A DNA stretch of 64,000 nucleotides from NCBI GenBank assembly GCA_963847705.1, contig CAWKBC010000001.1:1-64000 (forward strand). Direction: 5' to 3'. This document shows positions 11,920 through 21,381 of the stretch, piece by piece. The notes under the pieces were generated by a model, which worked only from the letters and a program-made list of their open reading frames with translations, was not told the origin of the DNA and did not search any database. A program made the translations under genes and the position numbers. The stretch's first letter is position 1. Each line of letters opens with the position of its first letter. The DNA is from an uncultured Pseudomonadota bacterium. GTDB lineage: Bacteria > Myxococcota_A > Polyangia > Fen-1088.

Positions 11920-12270
11920 GTGAAGATCGAGTCTCTGCTGACCGATGAGGCGATTCTTGGCGAGCTAGGGACCCGGGTGGCGCGCACCAGGCTGGAGCGC
12001 AATTTGACGCAGGCTGCGCTGGCCGAACAGGCCGGCGTTTCCAAGCGGACCGTCGAGCGCCTCGAGGCGGGTGAAGTGGCGACCCAGCTGTCGGTGTTCG
12101 TGCGCGTCTGTCGCGCTCTCGGGCTGGTCGACAGGCTGGAAGAGCTCATTCCGGAGCCCCTGCCAAGCCCGGTCGCCCAGCTGAAGCTGCAGGGTCGAAC
12201 GCGACGCCGCGCCTCGGGTTCGAAGATCGCTCCGAAGAAACCGACGAAGTGGAGCTGGGGCGAGCGGTGA
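11920..12270 (+). CDS. XRE-family HTH antitoxin (HipB-like)
   Basis: LTQAALAEQAGVSKRTVERLEAG; GTGA overlap with the HipA gene. Confidence 0.88.
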   Translation: MKIESLLTDEAILGELGTRVARTRLERNLTQAALAEQAGVSKRTVERLEAGEVATQLSVFVRVCRALGLVDRLEELIPEPLPSPVAQLKLQGRTRRRASGSKIAPKKPTKWSWGER

Positions 12271-13568
12271 TTGCCAGAGTTCAGCTGTGGGGGCGCACCA
12301 TCGGCGCCGTCTCGCAAGCTGAAGGTCAGCAGATCGCTGCCTTTCAGTACGACCCGGAGTTTGCGACCAGCGGGATCGAGCTGTCGCCGCTCATGCTGCC
12401 GCTCAGCGATCGCGTCTTCACATTTCCCGAGCTGGCGCGGCGGACGTTCCACGGCCTTCCCGGCTTGCTGGCGGACTCGCTGCCGGACCGCTTCGGCAAC
12501 GCGCTGATCGATGCCTGGCTGGCCAGCCAGGGACGAACGCCAGAGAGCTTCACCGTCGTCGAACGCCTTTGCTACACGGGCACCCGAGGGATGGGGGCGC
12601 TCGAATACGCGCCGAGCCTGGGGCCGCGGCCGAAGAAGGCGACGAGGCTCGAGATCAGCGCGCTCGTCGAATTGGCCTCCGAGATCCTGACGCATCGGAG
12701 GGAATTGAAGGGCCACCTCGGTCGGACCAAGAGGACGAACACCCTGAGGGACATCCTCCTGGTCGGAACCTCCGCCGGCGGCGCCCGCGCCAAGGCCGTG
12801 ATCGCCTGGAATCGCCAGACCAACGAGGTGCGATCGGGGCAGCTTCCGGCGGGGGAGGGCTTCGAGTACTGGCTCCTGAAGTTCGATGGCGTGTCCGGCA
12901 ACAAGGACAAGGAGATGGAAGATCCAAAGGGCTACGGTGCGATCGAGTACGCCTACTACCTCATGGCGCTGGCGGCGGGGATCTCGATGACCGAATGCCG
13001 CCTGCTCGAGGAGAACGGACGCCGGCACTTCATGACCCGGCGCTTCGACCGCCTGGCAGGCGGTGAGAAGCTGCACGCGCAATCGCTGGGCGCTCTCGCA
13101 CACTTCGATTTCAACGAACCCGGCGCCTACGCCTACGAGCAGGCGTTCCTCACGATGCGCCGACTCAATCTGCCGATGGAGGCGGTGGAGGAGCAGTTTC
13201 GACGGATGGCGTTCAACATCGTCGCCCGCAACCAGGACGACCACGTCAAGAACATCGCGTTCCTCATGGACAAAGAGGGGCGCTGGTCGCTCTCCCCGGC
13301 CTTCGACGTGACCTTCAGCTTCAACCCGCGCGGGCCATGGACCGCGTCGCATCAGATGACCCTGAACGGCAAGCGAGACGGGTTTACGCTGGACGACTTC
13401 CGCAGCTGCGCCCGGGCCGCGTCGATGAAACGTGGCCGAGCGGCCACCATCCTCGAAGAGGTCAGCGCCGCGACCCGGCGCTGGCCGGAGTTCGCGGCCC
13501 AGGCGAAGCTGAGCGAGACCTGGCGAACCCAGATCCAGCGAAGCCATCGGCTGTCGTTCCCGGCCTGA
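12267..13568 (+). CDS. hipA: HipA-family kinase toxin
   Basis: DSLPDRFG, SAGGARAK, LLKFD, RNQDDHVKNIAF, LSPAFD. Confidence 0.93.
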   Translation: MIARVQLWGRTIGAVSQAEGQQIAAFQYDPEFATSGIELSPLMLPLSDRVFTFPELARRTFHGLPGLLADSLPDRFGNALIDAWLASQGRTPESFTVVERLCYTGTRGMGALEYAPSLGPRPKKATRLEISALVELASEILTHRRELKGHLGRTKRTNTLRDILLVGTSAGGARAKAVIAWNRQTNEVRSGQLPAGEGFEYWLLKFDGVSGNKDKEMEDPKGYGAIEYAYYLMALAAGISMTECRLLEENGRRHFMTRRFDRLAGGEKLHAQSLGALAHFDFNEPGAYAYEQAFLTMRRLNLPMEAVEEQFRRMAFNIVARNQDDHVKNIAFLMDKEGRWSLSPAFDVTFSFNPRGPWTASHQMTLNGKRDGFTLDDFRSCARAASMKRGRAATILEEVSAATRRWPEFAAQAKLSETWRTQIQRSHRLSFPA

Positions 13569-13592
13569 TCGACCGCGACGGTCCTTTGCAGC

Positions 13593-15149
13593 CTACCCCG
13601 CCTTGGCGAGCTCGGTCGCGAAGAGGTGGGCGTGGGCGTAGACGGAGATCTGGGGGTTGACGCCGAGGCCGGTGGGGAAGATCGAGCCGTCGGCGATCCA
13701 GAGGTTCTCGAGCTGGTGGTGGCGGCCGCGCGAATCGACGACGGAGCGGGCGGGGTCCTCGCCCATCGCGGCGCCGCCCATCTGGTGGGCCGAGAACATC
13801 GTGTGAAGGTTGGGGCCGAAGGGGGCCGCGGCGATCCCGGCCAGGTCTGACGCCTGCCGGATCACCAGCGGGGTCTCGTGCAGCGTCATCACCTCGCGCG
13901 CGCCGGCCGCCAGCTGCAGGCGCGCCATGTCGGCCAGCGCGGAGACGGCCGCCTCACGCAGCGACGCGGTGAGCGGGTAGCGCAGCTTGATCCGCCCGTC
14001 GCCGTTCACGTCGACCGTCCCGCCTTCGTCGTCGTGATGGCCGTCGACCAGGAGCGCGATCGTCGCCTGCGCGTAGGGGAGCCGCTCGACGATCTTGCGG
14101 TGGGTGTCGCCAAAGCCGGGGAAGGCCAGCGCCGCCAGCATCGGGTGGATGGGCGCCGTCTCGAAGAAGTAGCCGACGCGCTCACCGCGATCGGCGAAGT
14201 GGTGGACCGACACCGACTGCGGCGGCCCATAGAACGCCTCGATCGGTTGCTCGTAAAAGGCGATGAGCGGCACCGTCGGGTGCAGGAAGGTGCGGCGGCC
14301 GACCTGCCCGCTGTCGGTGCCGGCCTTCGAGCGGAGGAGCAGCGCCGGCGTGTTGATGGCGCCGCCCGCCAGCACCACGCCGCGCCGGGCGTAGACGACC
14401 AGGCGCCCGCGCGGGCGGTCGGTCGCGCGATCGAGCACGTCGGCGACCACGGCGCGGGCGCGGCCCCGGTCGGTCTCGACCAGCTTGGCCCGGCAGTCGC
14501 TGTAGAGGTCGGCGCCGGCGGCGATGGCGTCGGCCAGGAAGGTCGTGCGCGCCGTGAGCTTGGCGTCGAGCGGGCACCCCATGCCGCAGTAGCCGAGCCG
14601 GGCGCACCCCTTGACGCTGCGGTGGATGAGCTCGGGCTGCCACCCCAGCTTGGCGGCCCCGTCGTGCAGCTTGCGGTTGTTGTTGTTGACGTCGTCCGGA
14701 TCGCCGGAGCCGACGTTGAGCCGCCGCTCGACCTCCGCGAAGTGCGGCGCCAGCGTGGCCGCGTCGAGATCGCGCACGCCATGCCGGGCGGCCCAGAGGG
14801 CCAGCGTCCGCTCGGGCGTGCGGAACGACGAGGTCCAGTTGACGGTCGTCCCTCCGCCCACCGAGCGCCCCTGCAGGATCAGGATCGACAAATCGTCGGT
14901 CGCCCGGTTGCCGTGCTCTTGATAGAGCGCCGGGTAGGCCCACGACTCCTGCATGTTGAAGTCGCGCCGGGTGTAGTGGCCCCCTTCTTCCATGACCACC
15001 ACCCGCGCGCCGGCGGCGGCCAGGACTGCGGCGGCCGTGCTCCCTCCGGCGCCGCTGCCGACCACGACGTAATCGGCCTCGATCGACGACGAGTCGGTGA
15101 GCTCGACGCCGGTGACGATGCGGCCGGCGCGACCGGTCGCTCCCGTCAT
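13593..15149 (-). CDS. GMC-family flavoprotein oxidoreductase (long-chain alcohol oxidase-like)
   Basis: VVGSGAGG, GRSVGGGTTVNW, C..LGYCGMGC, AHQMGG, GVNP. Confidence 0.92.
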   Translation of the reverse strand: MTGATGRAGRIVTGVELTDSSSIEADYVVVGSGAGGSTAAAVLAAAGARVVVMEEGGHYTRRDFNMQESWAYPALYQEHGNRATDDLSILILQGRSVGGGTTVNWTSSFRTPERTLALWAARHGVRDLDAATLAPHFAEVERRLNVGSGDPDDVNNNNRKLHDGAAKLGWQPELIHRSVKGCARLGYCGMGCPLDAKLTARTTFLADAIAAGADLYSDCRAKLVETDRGRARAVVADVLDRATDRPRGRLVVYARRGVVLAGGAINTPALLLRSKAGTDSGQVGRRTFLHPTVPLIAFYEQPIEAFYGPPQSVSVHHFADRGERVGYFFETAPIHPMLAALAFPGFGDTHRKIVERLPYAQATIALLVDGHHDDEGGTVDVNGDGRIKLRYPLTASLREAAVSALADMARLQLAAGAREVMTLHETPLVIRQASDLAGIAAAPFGPNLHTMFSAHQMGGAAMGEDPARSVVDSRGRHHQLENLWIADGSIFPTGLGVNPQISVYAHAHLFATELAKAG

Positions 15150-15721
15150 CGGGTGATCTCCGGAGGCTGCGGGACCGAGGGGGGGCCGGGGTAGCCGATG
15201 AGCGGATAGATCTCGGGCGACGAATAGTAGACCGCATCGGCCAGACGCTTGAGCGCCTGGTAGCCGCTGCGCAGGATGGCCAGGCGCGAGCGCCGCCAGG
15301 CCTCGAGCCGCGCGTCCTGCTGGGCGACCGATGCGCGTGTGAACGGCCGGGGCGATCCGGCGGCGAATGTTCCGACGAAGCTGCTCTCAAAGAGGCGCAG
15401 CAGCCGGCGGAAGTCGGTGCCGACGTCCGGATGCACGGTGGCCATCAGCGCGTCGATCTTGCCGGCACAGTCGAGCGCCTCGGCCCGCGGCCAGCGCGCG
15501 TCCGCGCCATCGCCGGGAACGATCCGCGCGGCGACCGCCGCCAGCACGGCGTACTCGTCGGCCGAGAGCAGCCGCAGCGGACCGCGCGGCGCCTCTCGCC
15601 GCCGCGTCGACCGGAAGACGAACGGCAGCGAGCCTCCGAGAACGAGCAGCGCCCCTCCGAACAGGCCTCGCTTCAGAAATCGGCGGCGATCAAGGCCCGC
15701 GCGGGTGTCGGAACCGGGCAC
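15146..15721 (-). CDS. Tat-signal partner subunit (gluconate 2-dehydrogenase subunit 3 / LaoB-like)
   Basis: RRRFLK twin-arginine motif; YYS...IGYPGPP; ATGA overlap with the GMC gene. Confidence 0.8.
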   Translation of the reverse strand: MPGSDTRAGLDRRRFLKRGLFGGALLVLGGSLPFVFRSTRRREAPRGPLRLLSADEYAVLAAVAARIVPGDGADARWPRAEALDCAGKIDALMATVHPDVGTDFRRLLRLFESSFVGTFAAGSPRPFTRASVAQQDARLEAWRRSRLAILRSGYQALKRLADAVYYSSPEIYPLIGYPGPPSVPQPPEITR

Positions 15722-15784
15722 GCGCCGAGCCTACCACCAGCCCCGCTGCAGGAATCACAACCATCAAAAGCTGAGGACCGGGAT

Positions 15785-15855
15785 CGCCTCGAGGGCGCGG
15801 CGGCTTCGCCGGCGCGACCTCACCGCGGGGGGCGCGGGACCTCTGAGGGTTCCCG
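15785..15855 (-). repeat. Dispersed double-hairpin repeat, copy 3 (diverged)
   Basis: Minus strand CGGGAACCCT-CAG-AGGTCCCG, then CCCCCCGCGGTGAGGT-CGCG-CCGGC-GAA-GCCGC-CGCG-CCCTCGAGGCG; starts 1 nt after the stop of 15857..16516. Confidence 0.65.
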
Positions 15856-15856
15856 A

Positions 15857-16516
15857 CTAAAATAACCAGCCGGCGCCGAGCTTGAGGCCGTCGGAGCCGA
15901 CCTCGGCGCGCAGGGTGAGGCCGTTGTCGAGCTTGTAGAGCGCGCCGGCGTCGCCCGCGATGAAGAAGCCGCCGTAGGCCGGCTGGCTTCCGCCGAATCC
16001 GTTGTCCCAACCGGAGAACCAGCCGAAGGCATAGCCGAGCTCCAGCTTCGGGTAGAGCGCGAAGTTCTTGGTGAACCAGAGGTTCCACATCATGCCGACG
16101 ACCGGAAGCACCTCCGTCCAGCTGTAGTTGAAGTTGTAGCCCGGCTCGTTGAAACCGTACGACCAGTGCAGCAGATCGGCGCCAAACTCCAGATCCCAGT
16201 TGTCACGGATCGACGCGCCGGTGTGCGCGAGCAGCGAGGGGATCGGCAGCGGAATCATGAATCGCGCGCCCGCGCCGTAGCCGCCCCAGGGGATGATGCC
16301 CCAGAGGCTCAGCCCCTTCAGACCGGGCGCCGCGGGCGCGTAGGTGGTCCCCGGGCTGGCGACCGTGGGCGGCGGCGAGGTCGGCGGAGGCGCCGCCATG
16401 TCCTGCGCGCGGGCCGCCGAGGCCGAGATCATCAAGAGCGCAGCCGCCACCAGCGTCAACCTCGTCCGAATCCCCACCTCTCTCAGCACAGTCTTCATGA
16501 GCTTCTCCTGTTGCAT
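15857..16516 (-). CDS. Putative outer-membrane beta-barrel protein
   Basis: Signal peptide, Pro linker, amphipathic aromatic-rich strands, terminal GAGWLF; start uncertain. Confidence 0.65.
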   Translation of the reverse strand: MQQEKLMKTVLREVGIRTRLTLVAAALLMISASAARAQDMAAPPPTSPPPTVASPGTTYAPAAPGLKGLSLWGIIPWGGYGAGARFMIPLPIPSLLAHTGASIRDNWDLEFGADLLHWSYGFNEPGYNFNYSWTEVLPVVGMMWNLWFTKNFALYPKLELGYAFGWFSGWDNGFGGSQPAYGGFFIAGDAGALYKLDNGLTLRAEVGSDGLKLGAGWLF

Positions 16517-16675
16517 TTGCCGCTGAACCCAACAACCTCGACCGAGACGAAAACAAAACAGCTCGGCCGCTGCAAGTTAACTTTCGTACAAAATAAAATT
16601 CCCCTGAAAGCGCCCGGAGATCGCAGCCTCGGGCCGCTCTGCGTCAGCCGCGGCGGAGCTCTCCCGACGCAGATC

Positions 16676-17533
16676 TCAGGCGGCGCGGGTCGACGGCGGG
16701 ACCAGCGACTTCGAACGGCCGCGCTGCCGCACCGGATCGCGATCGGCCGTTCCGCTGGGCAAGGTCGCGCGCAGGGCGCCGCGGCCGAACACCCAGAGCG
16801 AGCCGGGGGTCCCGCGCTGCCAGATCTCGTCGCGGGTGAGCGGCTCGGTCGAGACGACCACCACGCGATCGCGCTCGCTGGTGACCGCCGAGAAATCGAT
16901 CGCCATCTCGGCGTCGCAGAGCGTGGCGCGCCCGAACGGCGCCTTGCGGATGATGTAGCAGAGCTTGGTGCCGCACCGCGCGTAGAGGTGGCGCCCGTCG
17001 GCGAGCAGGAAGTTGAACTTCCCTTCGGCGCCGAGCTGGCCGCCAAGCTCGGCCACCAGCTTCCACAGGCGGCGCCGATCCCTGGGATACCCGCCCGGGA
17101 AGGCCTCGCGGATGCGCTCGATCATCCAGCAGAAGGCGTGCTCGCTGTCGGTCTCGCCGAGCGGCTCCTCGACGCGCAGCTTGTGCCGTTTCACGTGCGG
17201 CAACGTTCCGTTGTGGGCGAACACCCAGTGCCGCCCCCACAGCACGCGCTTGAACGGGTGGGTGTTTTCCAGGCTGGCCTTGCCGCGCGTCTTCTTGCGG
17301 ACGTGCGCCACCGCCAGCAGCGTCTTGATGGGGTTGTCGCGGATGAAGTTGGCCATCGCGCTCTCGCAGGCTGGCCGCGGTTCGAGGAAGCTGCTGGCGA
17401 ACTTGCCTTCGTAGAGGGCGACGCCCCAGCCGTCGGCGTGGGGACCGGTCTTTCCGCCGCGGAGCGCGAATCCCGTGAACGAGAAGGTGATGTCGGTGGG
17501 GACGTTGCACTCCATCCCCATGAGCTCACACAT
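16676..17533 (-). CDS. Class II glutamine amidotransferase (YafJ-like Ntn hydrolase)
   Basis: N-terminal MCEL, HADGWG, NTHPF, FAHNG, GETDSE. Confidence 0.92.
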   Translation of the reverse strand: MCELMGMECNVPTDITFSFTGFALRGGKTGPHADGWGVALYEGKFASSFLEPRPACESAMANFIRDNPIKTLLAVAHVRKKTRGKASLENTHPFKRVLWGRHWVFAHNGTLPHVKRHKLRVEEPLGETDSEHAFCWMIERIREAFPGGYPRDRRRLWKLVAELGGQLGAEGKFNFLLADGRHLYARCGTKLCYIIRKAPFGRATLCDAEMAIDFSAVTSERDRVVVVSTEPLTRDEIWQRGTPGSLWVFGRGALRATLPSGTADRDPVRQRGRSKSLVPPSTRAA

Positions 17534-17598
17534 CCGGCGATTGTACTTCGGTCATCGCTGTTTTGGCGGCCACTTCGCGGCTACAATCGCAGCTACCC

Positions 17599-19296
17599 AT
17601 GCGCGGCCGTCCATCCGTGGCGCCGGCGTCCCCGGCTCTCCCCTGGTGGGCGACGCCGCGGGGGGCGGCCATCGTCGTGGCGCTGGTCGCGGTCGTCGCC
17701 TTCGCCCGGTCGCTGGGAAACGGGTTCACCTACGACGAGGGGCTGGTGCTGGTCGGCGCCCAGCGGTTCCTGCAGTCGGGCTCGTTCGGGACGCTGCTGT
17801 CGAAGGACTACTTCGGCGCGAGTCTGGAAGGGACCTGGCGACCCTTCTGCACGCTCACCTACATGCTCGACGCGATGGTGTCGTTCCACCCGGCAGTGTT
17901 CAAGCTCGACAGCCTCCTCGAGCACGTCGTCGCCGCCTGGCTGCTGATGGCGCTCACCCGGCGCCTGTTGCCGGAGGGGCGACGGCGCTGGGCCATCGTC
18001 GCCGGCCTGCTGTTCGTGGTCCACCCGATCACCGCCGAGACCGTCGACAACGCCTCCTTTCGCGAGGACTCGCTGGTGACCGCCTTCACGCTGGCGACGC
18101 TGATCCTGTCGCTCGATCGCCGGCGCGGGCTGGCGGTCCTTTGCTATGGCCTGGGCCTCCTGTCAAAGGAGTCGGCCGTGATCGCGCCGGCGCTGCTGGC
18201 GATCCTCCGGCTGGGGCGGTTCGACCGCGAGAACCCCCGGGCCTGGGGCCCTGCCGAGCCGGCGACTCCCCCACCCTGGACGGTGACGGTGCGCCGGCTG
18301 GTCGTCGAGCTGATTCCGTTCGGCGTCGTCACGCTCGTCTACCTCGGCATCAGGTTCGGCCCGATGAAGACCCCGGTCGCCTACGCCCAGTACCCGGGCG
18401 GCACGTTTGCCGCGACGCTGATCGGGCTGCCGGCGATCTGGGCGCACGATCTGCGCCTCTTGATCTGGCCCTGGCCGCTCTGCGCCGACTACACCGGCTA
18501 TTTCCAGTTCGGCGCCCAGCCGTGGGGGCCGGTGCTGCTGGCGGGGGCGGTGGTGCTCGGTTACCTGGGGCTCATCGTCTTCGCCGTCCACCGTGGCGAG
18601 CGGGTGGTCGCGCTCGGGCTGGGCTGGTTCCTGCTGGCACTGCTCCCGGTGTCGAACCTGCTCCCCATCCCCATCCCCGCCGCCGAGCGGTTCCTCTACC
18701 TGCCGCTCTGCGGGATCGCGCTGGCCGCCGCCCCCCTGTTCGGCCGGTTCACCGAGAGCCATCCCGCGCCGGCCCGGCGCCGGGGCACGCTTCTCGGCGT
18801 GGGCCTGCCGGTGGCCTTCGCCGTGCTCCTCAACCTCCGCCACGGCGACTGGCACGACGACCAGCGGCTCTGGCTGGCCACCGTCGCCGTCAACCCCCGC
18901 TCCTGCGGCGCCCAGAGCGCGGTGGGCGGCAGCCTGCTGTCGCGCGGGATGGCCTCCGGGGACCCCGCGCTGCTGCGCGCCTCGGCCGCGCGCGAAGAGC
19001 TGGCGCTCCGGCTCTGCAGCGACGACAGCGACCCGTTTCGGGCCGCCTTCGCCTACACCCGCCTCGGCGCGGCCCGCGCCCTCCTCGACGACCGGGCGGC
19101 TGCGCGGATGGCGCTGGAGCGCGCGACCATCCTTCACCCCCGCTATGCCCTGCCGTTCGCCTGGCTCGGCTATCTGGCCTACCAGGAGGGGGACCAGGCG
19201 GTGGCCGCGATGCTGCTGAAGAAGGCGATCATCGATCTCGGACCCCCGGACGCAACGGTGGCCGCCGTTGCAAGATATTACGTCGACAAAATCTGA
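17599..19296 (+). CDS. TMTC-like (GT-C fold) membrane glycosyltransferase with C-terminal TPRs
   Basis: FTYDE acidic loop, WRPF, VHPITAETV, LLSKE, AERFLYLP; multiple TM helices; TPR-like tail. Confidence 0.8.
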   Translation: MRGRPSVAPASPALPWWATPRGAAIVVALVAVVAFARSLGNGFTYDEGLVLVGAQRFLQSGSFGTLLSKDYFGASLEGTWRPFCTLTYMLDAMVSFHPAVFKLDSLLEHVVAAWLLMALTRRLLPEGRRRWAIVAGLLFVVHPITAETVDNASFREDSLVTAFTLATLILSLDRRRGLAVLCYGLGLLSKESAVIAPALLAILRLGRFDRENPRAWGPAEPATPPPWTVTVRRLVVELIPFGVVTLVYLGIRFGPMKTPVAYAQYPGGTFAATLIGLPAIWAHDLRLLIWPWPLCADYTGYFQFGAQPWGPVLLAGAVVLGYLGLIVFAVHRGERVVALGLGWFLLALLPVSNLLPIPIPAAERFLYLPLCGIALAAAPLFGRFTESHPAPARRRGTLLGVGLPVAFAVLLNLRHGDWHDDQRLWLATVAVNPRSCGAQSAVGGSLLSRGMASGDPALLRASAAREELALRLCSDDSDPFRAAFAYTRLGAARALLDDRAAARMALERATILHPRYALPFAWLGYLAYQEGDQAVAAMLLKKAIIDLGPPDATVAAVARYYVDKI

Positions 19297-19343
19297 CGCC
19301 CGCCAAGCTGACCGGTTTGCGGGCGGCCCCCTTGCCGGCGCTG

Positions 19344-19372
19344 TTGACAGGCTCGCTCGTTTCTCTTAGTTT
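19344..19372 (+). promoter_or_regulatory. Putative sigma70 promoter of the nuo cluster
   Basis: TTGACA-N17-TAGTTT. Confidence 0.65.
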
Positions 19373-19391
19373 CGCGGCGGCTTAGCCACCC

Positions 19392-19976
19392 ATGCCGCTC
19401 GAGTTTTCAGTGCAATCGAAGCAGCGGGTCGAGAGGCTGCTTTCGCGGTATCCGACCAAGCAGGCCGCCCTTTTGCCCGTGCTCCACGTGGCACAGGAAG
19501 AATTCGGCCACCTCCCCGACGACGTGATCGAGCTGGTGTCGCGCACCCTCGACCTGGCGCCGGCCCACATCTACGGCGTCGTCACCTTCTACACGATGTT
19601 TCATCGCGAGAAGAAGGGGCGGCACGAGCTGATGGTCTGCACCAACATCTCCTGCATGCTGAAGGGGGGCTACGGCATCCTCAAGCACATCGAGGGGCGG
19701 CTCGGAATCAAGGCGGGCGAGACCACACCCGACGGCGCCTTCTCCATCGTGGAGGAGGAGTGCCTGGCGGCCTGCGCCAACGCCCCGATGATGATCTGCG
19801 GCGACAACTACTTCGTCGATCTGACGCCCGAAAAGGTCGACGTGGTGCTCGATGAGCTGCGCAGGCGGTTTCGCGAAGATCCGAGGAACGACCCGAGGAA
19901 CGACCTGAAAACCGAGAAGTCGGGGCCGCTCTCTCGCACGCTCTTCGGCGTGGGCCCCGGCGGAGAAAAGGTCTGA
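19392..19976 (+). CDS. nuoE: NADH-quinone oxidoreductase subunit E
   Basis: VVTFYTMF, CTNISC, ECLAACANAP [2Fe-2S] ligands. Confidence 0.96.
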   Translation: MPLEFSVQSKQRVERLLSRYPTKQAALLPVLHVAQEEFGHLPDDVIELVSRTLDLAPAHIYGVVTFYTMFHREKKGRHELMVCTNISCMLKGGYGILKHIEGRLGIKAGETTPDGAFSIVEEECLAACANAPMMICGDNYFVDLTPEKVDVVLDELRRRFREDPRNDPRNDLKTEKSGPLSRTLFGVGPGGEKV

Positions 19977-19977
19977 C

Positions 19978-21381
19978 ATGGCGGCGACCTGGCAAGAACT
20001 GAAGGGGGCGAACGTCAAGGTCGTCACCAAGAACTTCGGCGTCCCCGACAGCCACAAGATCGGCGTCTATCAGCAGCGCGGCGGCTACGAGGCGCTGCGC
20101 CGGGCGCTGACGCTGCAGCCGGCGGCCCTGGTCGACGAGGTGAAGAAGTCGAACCTGCGCGGGCGTGGGGGCGCGGGCTTTCCGACCGGGATGAAGTGGT
20201 CGTTCATCCCCAAGGACGCCAAGGTCGTCTACTTGGTCGTCAACGCCGACGAGTCGGAGCCGGGGACCTGCAAGGACCGGGAGCTGCTCGCTTACGATCC
20301 GCACCTGCTGCTCGAGGGGATGCTGATCGCGTCCTACGCGCTCGGCTGCAAGCACGCGTACATCTACATCCGTGGCGAGATGATGCGCGAGGCGAAGGTC
20401 GTCCAGGGGGCGATCGACGAGGCCTACGCGGCGGGCTGGCTGGGGAAGGAGCACCCGGCGGTCGGCGGCGGCGGCGCGTTCAAGCTGGACGTCACGCTTC
20501 ATCGCGGCGCTGGCGCCTACATCTGCGGCGAAGAGACCGGCCTCCTCAATTCGCTGGAGGGCAAGCGCGGCTGGCCCCGGCTGAAGCCGCCGTTCCCGGC
20601 CATCAAGGGCCTCTTCGACGCGCCGACGGTGGTGAACAACGTCGAGACGCTGATGAACATCCCCGAGATCGTCACCAAGGGGGGCGAGTGGTTCGCCGGC
20701 CTGGGGATGGGCAAGTCGGGCGGCACGCGCATCGTCTGCGTCTCGGGGCACGTGCAGAAGCCGGGCGTGTTCGAGCTGCCGATGGGGATCACCTTCCGCG
20801 ACCTCATCTACGACGTCTGCGGGGGCATCCCCAACGGACGACAGCTGAAGGGGGTCATTCCGGGCGGCAGCTCCATGCCGCCGCTCGACGCCTCCGAGCT
20901 GGACGTCCCCTGCGAGTTCGACGCGCTCATGACCGACCCGCGCATCAAGGACGTCGAGGTGCGCCCCGGCGTCCCCTTCGATCTGGGCGGCGGCCGCAAG
21001 CTGAAGTCGATGGCCGGTTCGGGCGGCATCGTGGTGTTCGACGACAGCACCGACGTGGTGGCGTTCTGCGCGCGCATCATGCAGTTCTACGCCCACGAGT
21101 CGTGCGGCCAGTGCACCCCCTGCCGCGAGGGCTCGGGCTGGCTGTCGCGCGTCTGCAAGCGGCTGGCGCGCGGCGAGGGCGAGGCGGGCGACGTCGAGCT
21201 CCTGGCCAACATCGCCAACGGGATCGGCGGTAACACCATCTGCGCGCTCGGCGACGCGGCCGCCTGGCCGATGCTGGGCTTCTTGACCAAGTTCCGCGCC
21301 GACTTCGAGGCGCGCATCAAGCCGAAGACCATCGGATTGCCGAGCGGAATTCCCGCGGCGGCGAAGGGGCACGCGGCGTGA
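19978..21381 (+). CDS. nuoF: NADH-quinone oxidoreductase subunit F
   Basis: GRGGAGFPTG, NADESEPG, GAGAYICGEET, ESCGQCTPCREG, TICALGD. Confidence 0.98.
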   Translation: MAATWQELKGANVKVVTKNFGVPDSHKIGVYQQRGGYEALRRALTLQPAALVDEVKKSNLRGRGGAGFPTGMKWSFIPKDAKVVYLVVNADESEPGTCKDRELLAYDPHLLLEGMLIASYALGCKHAYIYIRGEMMREAKVVQGAIDEAYAAGWLGKEHPAVGGGGAFKLDVTLHRGAGAYICGEETGLLNSLEGKRGWPRLKPPFPAIKGLFDAPTVVNNVETLMNIPEIVTKGGEWFAGLGMGKSGGTRIVCVSGHVQKPGVFELPMGITFRDLIYDVCGGIPNGRQLKGVIPGGSSMPPLDASELDVPCEFDALMTDPRIKDVEVRPGVPFDLGGGRKLKSMAGSGGIVVFDDSTDVVAFCARIMQFYAHESCGQCTPCREGSGWLSRVCKRLARGEGEAGDVELLANIANGIGGNTICALGDAAAWPMLGFLTKFRADFEARIKPKTIGLPSGIPAAAKGHAA

